Of a DNA stretch of 64,000 nucleotides, positions 60,212 through 64,000 are shown one piece after another. Position 1 is the stretch's first letter, and each line of letters opens with the position of its first letter. The position numbers and the translations under genes were made by a program. The notes under the pieces were generated by a model. The model saw only the letters and a list, made by a program, of their open reading frames with translations. It was not told the origin of the DNA and ran no database searches. The stretch is from Amphiscolops sp. MND2022 (lineage: Eukaryota): the NCBI GenBank assembly GCA_964187785.1, contig OZ076411.1, forward strand, positions 12,214,001 through 12,278,000. The letters run 5' to 3'.

Positions 60212-60946
60212 TTAATGTTGCGTAGCTCTGCCGTGTCCTTTTCCTCGTGTGAATTGCGGTATTCCTCCACAGCAAGTGAAATCCCGACCGGGAGCGGGTC
60301 GTGACAGGGCGCCTCTATAGCCTGTTGACCACGGTCTGGGGCAGTGGGGAATTTCTCTGGTGATCAATACTGGTTGTTTTCGTGCTCTTGCCAGTTTTGA
60401 AGAGGTATAGCGCGTTCCCCGTCCGCACAACGGGCTGTTCTCTCGGCTGCTTTGTAGGTCTATGCCGTAGGCGTTTTCGATTTCTTCTAGTGCTGGCTCC
60501 ATCAAATCGTCGAGTTTGTCGGCTTTTGCAGGCGGTCCATAGTACTGCGGTTCCTTGTTGGACACGACTCGTAATACTGGGGCGGGCTGCAGTGGTGGTA
60601 GTTGACGGGGAGTATCCGGCTCTTCAAAGTAGCTTTCCTCAGACGTTCCAGTATTATGCCCCTCCACTATGAAGGCTTCGCCAGGACTTGTAGTGCCGAG
60701 GTTTATTTTCCTCGGAGAACCGATAGTCTCAAATGTAGACGCTGAGATGCCGGATAAATTTAGACTGTTGATAGAGTCCATCATCTCTTCTGCGCTGCCT
60801 TTTGTAGCTTCTAAGGAGGCTTCAGAAAGATCCAGAGTTGTTATCACATTAAGCGGGAGTATTTTGATCGGGGTGCTCTGTCTTACGTTGCTATCCCGTT
60901 CTTCTTCATCAGAGGAGATATCGATAACTAAGTCGTAGTTATTCAT
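60212..60946 (-). CDS. Uncharacterized acidic, Pro/Ser-rich protein (about 244 aa) with an N-terminal SIM-like motif
   Basis: Open from MNNYDLVIDISSDEEE; protein-like composition; divergent from the gene at 61439. Confidence 0.55.
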   Translation of the reverse strand: MNNYDLVIDISSDEEERDSNVRQSTPIKILPLNVITTLDLSEASLEATKGSAEEMMDSINSLNLSGISASTFETIGSPRKINLGTTSPGEAFIVEGHNTGTSEESYFEEPDTPRQLPPLQPAPVLRVVSNKEPQYYGPPAKADKLDDLMEPALEEIENAYGIDLQSSRENSPLCGRGTRYTSSKLARARKQPVLITREIPHCPRPWSTGYRGALSRPAPGRDFTCCGGIPQFTRGKGHGRATQH

Positions 60947-61160
60947 TTTAAGTTTTCTGATTATTGCAAGCTGTCTTATCTTTACGTTTAGAATGCGGCA
61001 AGTGAAGATGCTAACTTTCTTCCGTTCGTGATTTTCCTGCATTCTCATTGGCTGTTATTTTCCTTTTTATATCGATCCGTTTCATCTTCGGAAAGCGTTT
61101 TACTTCCATCTGTGCGGTGATTGGCTGAGCTATCGAAATAAAGTTTCTCATTTTGAACTT

Positions 61161-61214
61161 GCTTATGACGTCATCAACTTTTCTTCCGAGGATGATCCGT
61201 ATGACGTCATAAGC
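61161..61214. promoter_or_regulatory. Inverted pair of CRE-like sites in a bidirectional promoter
   Basis: GCTTATGACGTCAT (61161-61174) and its exact reverse complement ATGACGTCATAAGC (61201-61214); ATTGG boxes near 61047 and 61120. Confidence 0.55.
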
Positions 61215-61438
61215 TTGGAGATGGCTTTTCTTGCCTTTTTAATTTGGCTTCAGGATCTTCAAAGATTTTTATGGTTCTATCAGTAATGGAATGGGCTATT
61301 GATGATTTTGTTTCGTGTTCACAGGATATTTCTGATCTTTAGGATGTTTACGTTATGGGAACGTTTTCTTTTAGTCTTGGTTTTTCTTCTATGAGTTTTC
61401 TTTAGTTTTTCTTTTCTTTTTTAGATTGTCATTGGTTG

Positions 61439-63945
61439 ATGGAAGAAGATTTCGAACTTCCCCCGCTCACCCCTGCTCCAGTTTCAGGGTTCCAAAGTGG
61501 TCATGAAACCACTTATAATTGGTCCGAGGACGATATTATTGCCTCAGGTACGGAATGCAGACGGACAGAATCAGGTTGGTAAAAATCTTTCTGACTTCCA
61601 TGGGTATTCAGACTATTGTTTTGGTGATCAGCCTTTTTAGTCTTACCCGTAACTCTGACGCGTCAAACCAGATCTTGATTTTTCAGTAACTCAACCTGTA
61701 GCAGTTGCCAGCAATGCCAGTGGTCTTCTGGAGGCTCCTCCTTCTGCCCAAACCGTTCAATTACCGCCACTATCCTTCATTTTGCAGCCAGAGGCTTCTT
61801 CTTCCTGTACTGCAGGGATTGTAGAGCTTGTTACCGGCGGAGTTGATACGGAGTTGCCTGTTGAGGGACCTTCTGTTGTCGAGTCCGGTGCCATGGCGGT
61901 TTCTCCTGAGCTTGGGTGCTTCTCTGTTACTCAGTGTCAGCAACTCCCTTCAGATGAGTCTCATGAAAGTGAGACTGATCCCCCCTCTCCAGAAAAAGGG
62001 GCTGGTTAGTTCAGGCTTTTCTTTTCATATCGGTTCGTTGTTTTCACTGTAAGCACAACGTGAATGTTCATGTTGTAGCTTCAAAGAAAAATACTCCTCG
62101 ACGGACTGTTGTGAATTTTGCACCGACACCCAAACGAGGCAAGAAAGTGTCGTTGCCTTCCTCTTCAGCGGCACCCATGGGAGGGTGGAGTAGTTAGTTT
62201 TTATTTTCTTTGATCGCATTGGTCGTTGGTTTGTTCGTTGTTTTCTGGGTATGATCATCGTGTTATGTTTTGTCTTAGGTTTAGATGATTTACCTGGTGG
62301 CTCCGGAGGTATTGCGTTGAGTCCGCAAGATATGTTCCGACTGGGCCAGCAACTTGTGGACGAGATTGACAGTCGGGCTGCAAAGACTATTCAAAGCGGT
62401 ATGTACTTGCATTGTATTTGGATCTTATCGTTTTTTGTTTTTGGGTTTGTTGCATTTTCTTTGGTTGTCCTCCGTTTGTTGTGCGTTGTGTTGTTGAGCG
62501 TTGATCTTTAACTTCTGTCACCATGGTGTAAAGTATATTTTTGTTTAGGTTTCGAAGAGTTGGCTGAGAAGGTAGGCGGGAAGCTCAGTGGCCCTAAGAC
62601 GAAAAAGTACAGCAGCCGAAACTATCTGCATAAGCGGATGCTGGGGCTGAATCCTCTGTTTCGAGATTTTGTCAGTGGCCCGAAGAATGGACGTGGAACT
62701 CATTTCTTTTGCAAAGTGTGCAAAAGAGATGTCGCCATGAAAGCTCATGGTTCTGGAGAGTTCGGGCGGCATTTCTATTCTCCTGGGCATTGGAACCGCG
62801 ATGTGACGTATCGTGTGCACATGGGGCTCCCAGTCTACAATCGTCTAATGGAGCCAATGACTTTGTCTGACGCTCAACTTGCGGATTTCCGTTCACGCCC
62901 ATTTGAAGATCTCGGTGAGGGTTTTCCATTCCCTGAGGATTTGGTGCCAAAGCGGGCGCGCATTGAATCGAAGGTGCCTTACATGACTCTAGTGGCTTCT
63001 CTCTGTGACTTTCTCCGTAGTGGTGGCGATTTCAATCTTGTACGCCGGTTGTGGGGTTACTTCCGTGCAACGTTGGGTGAACGGCAGCCAGATTTCTCGT
63101 TCGAGTGGAGTCGATCTGAGACTGTTGTTAGTATAGTTGTTGGTATAGATAGGTGTGTTATTTGACGGACTTGCAACTTTTGTCTGTTTTTGATAAGAAT
63201 AGAGATATATATGTGTGTCTGGGGTGTACATTTGTATGACTTTTTGTCACTATTTTCCTTTATCAGGGGAGGGCCTAGGTTTGCTGTATCTTTCACCGGT
63301 GAGTATAGTCTGTATTTGTTTCAGTCTTTCCTTTGTCAAGGAGTTGCTCCGCGGGCCCTCCGTTTGGTAGTGAGCAAAGTGACTGGTGAGTCAGAATATT
63401 CCCTTCAGTTCGAGAAAGACAGTCAAGTGGAGTATTGTTTCATCGTTTATTGGGACGAAGACAAGTTGAAGAAAATTTGTGTGGACATACAATCACTGGA
63501 TGAGAAATTGCCTAACGCCGAATTGAAACCCATCGCACGTTTATTTTTCGGGTTGGAGTCGCGACGGTTGCCAATGGTGGTTCGTGGTGCCAGTCCGTCC
63601 TTAATGCGAGTGTTGGGCGACAGACGTGACGATTCTCGTCGTTTTGTTGTGTATCAGCGTTTTACAGAGGAGGTGTTCCTGGAATGCTTTCAGCGTGCTC
63701 ATCAAGATGTTTTTGGCATGGTAGAAATTGTCACGTTGGTTGAGTTCATCATTCAAAGGATGAAGAGCGCTGTGTATGAAGATTGGACTGAGGGTAAGCC
63801 CCTGCTTCGCAAGTGTATCCGTAATGGATGCGTCAATTTTTGGGAGCTTCGCGAGCTGTTGACGGATTTGACTGAGTTGTGGCATATAATACGACCGTAT
63901 ATCCGTTGTACTGGGCTACCCTATGCCAAAGAGAAAGCAGATCGT
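61439..63945 (+). CDS. Spliced gene for a hAT-transposase-derived protein; exons 61439-61547 (or 61574), 61687-62004, 62279-62398, 62549-63126, 63325-63945; probably continues beyond the window
   Basis: All introns GT-AG with matching phases (1,1,1,0); BED-like finger FFCKVCKRDVAMKAHGSGEFGRHFYSPGH; YSLQFEKDS...VYWDE and FWELRELLTDLTELWHIIRPY resemble hAT core blocks. Confidence 0.75.
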
Positions 63946-64000
63946 GTTAGTACATTCCCTTGTGTTCTTTTGTTATATCATATCGAGTGGTGTTGATTCC

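Overview
AT-rich animal (invertebrate) genomic DNA, not prokaryotic; the species cannot be assigned from this window. A core of four co-oriented minus-strand housekeeping genes (casein kinase I alpha, WDR46/UTP7, RPS6 and a Pin1-type prolyl isomerase found only by splicing exons the ORF track missed) lies among dense, nested transposons. These include a decayed BEL/Pao LTR element (8074-19252, 5-bp TSD) with a 2.77-kb internal tandem duplication, about ten DINE-1/Helentron-like non-autonomous elements, hAT and Tc1/pogo MITEs, and a decayed Copia skeleton (about 41095-58096). The short Copia 3' LTR appears to have absorbed about 13 kb of later insertions: three LINEs, two of them inside 9-bp-TSD MULE-like elements. 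The right end holds a gypsy-like LTR end and a divergent gene pair: a spliced, apparently catalytically dead hAT-transposase derivative and an acidic ORF with a SIM-like motif. The most interesting signals are (1) an identical 32-nt leader ending in AG, 5-12 nt before the ORF1 ATG of two unrelated, oppositely oriented LINEs, a candidate spliced leader captured by retrotransposition; (2) a Pin1 model with intact catalytic residues but no WW domain; (3) the dead-transposase/SIM-ORF pair. Coordinates and alignments were done by eye.
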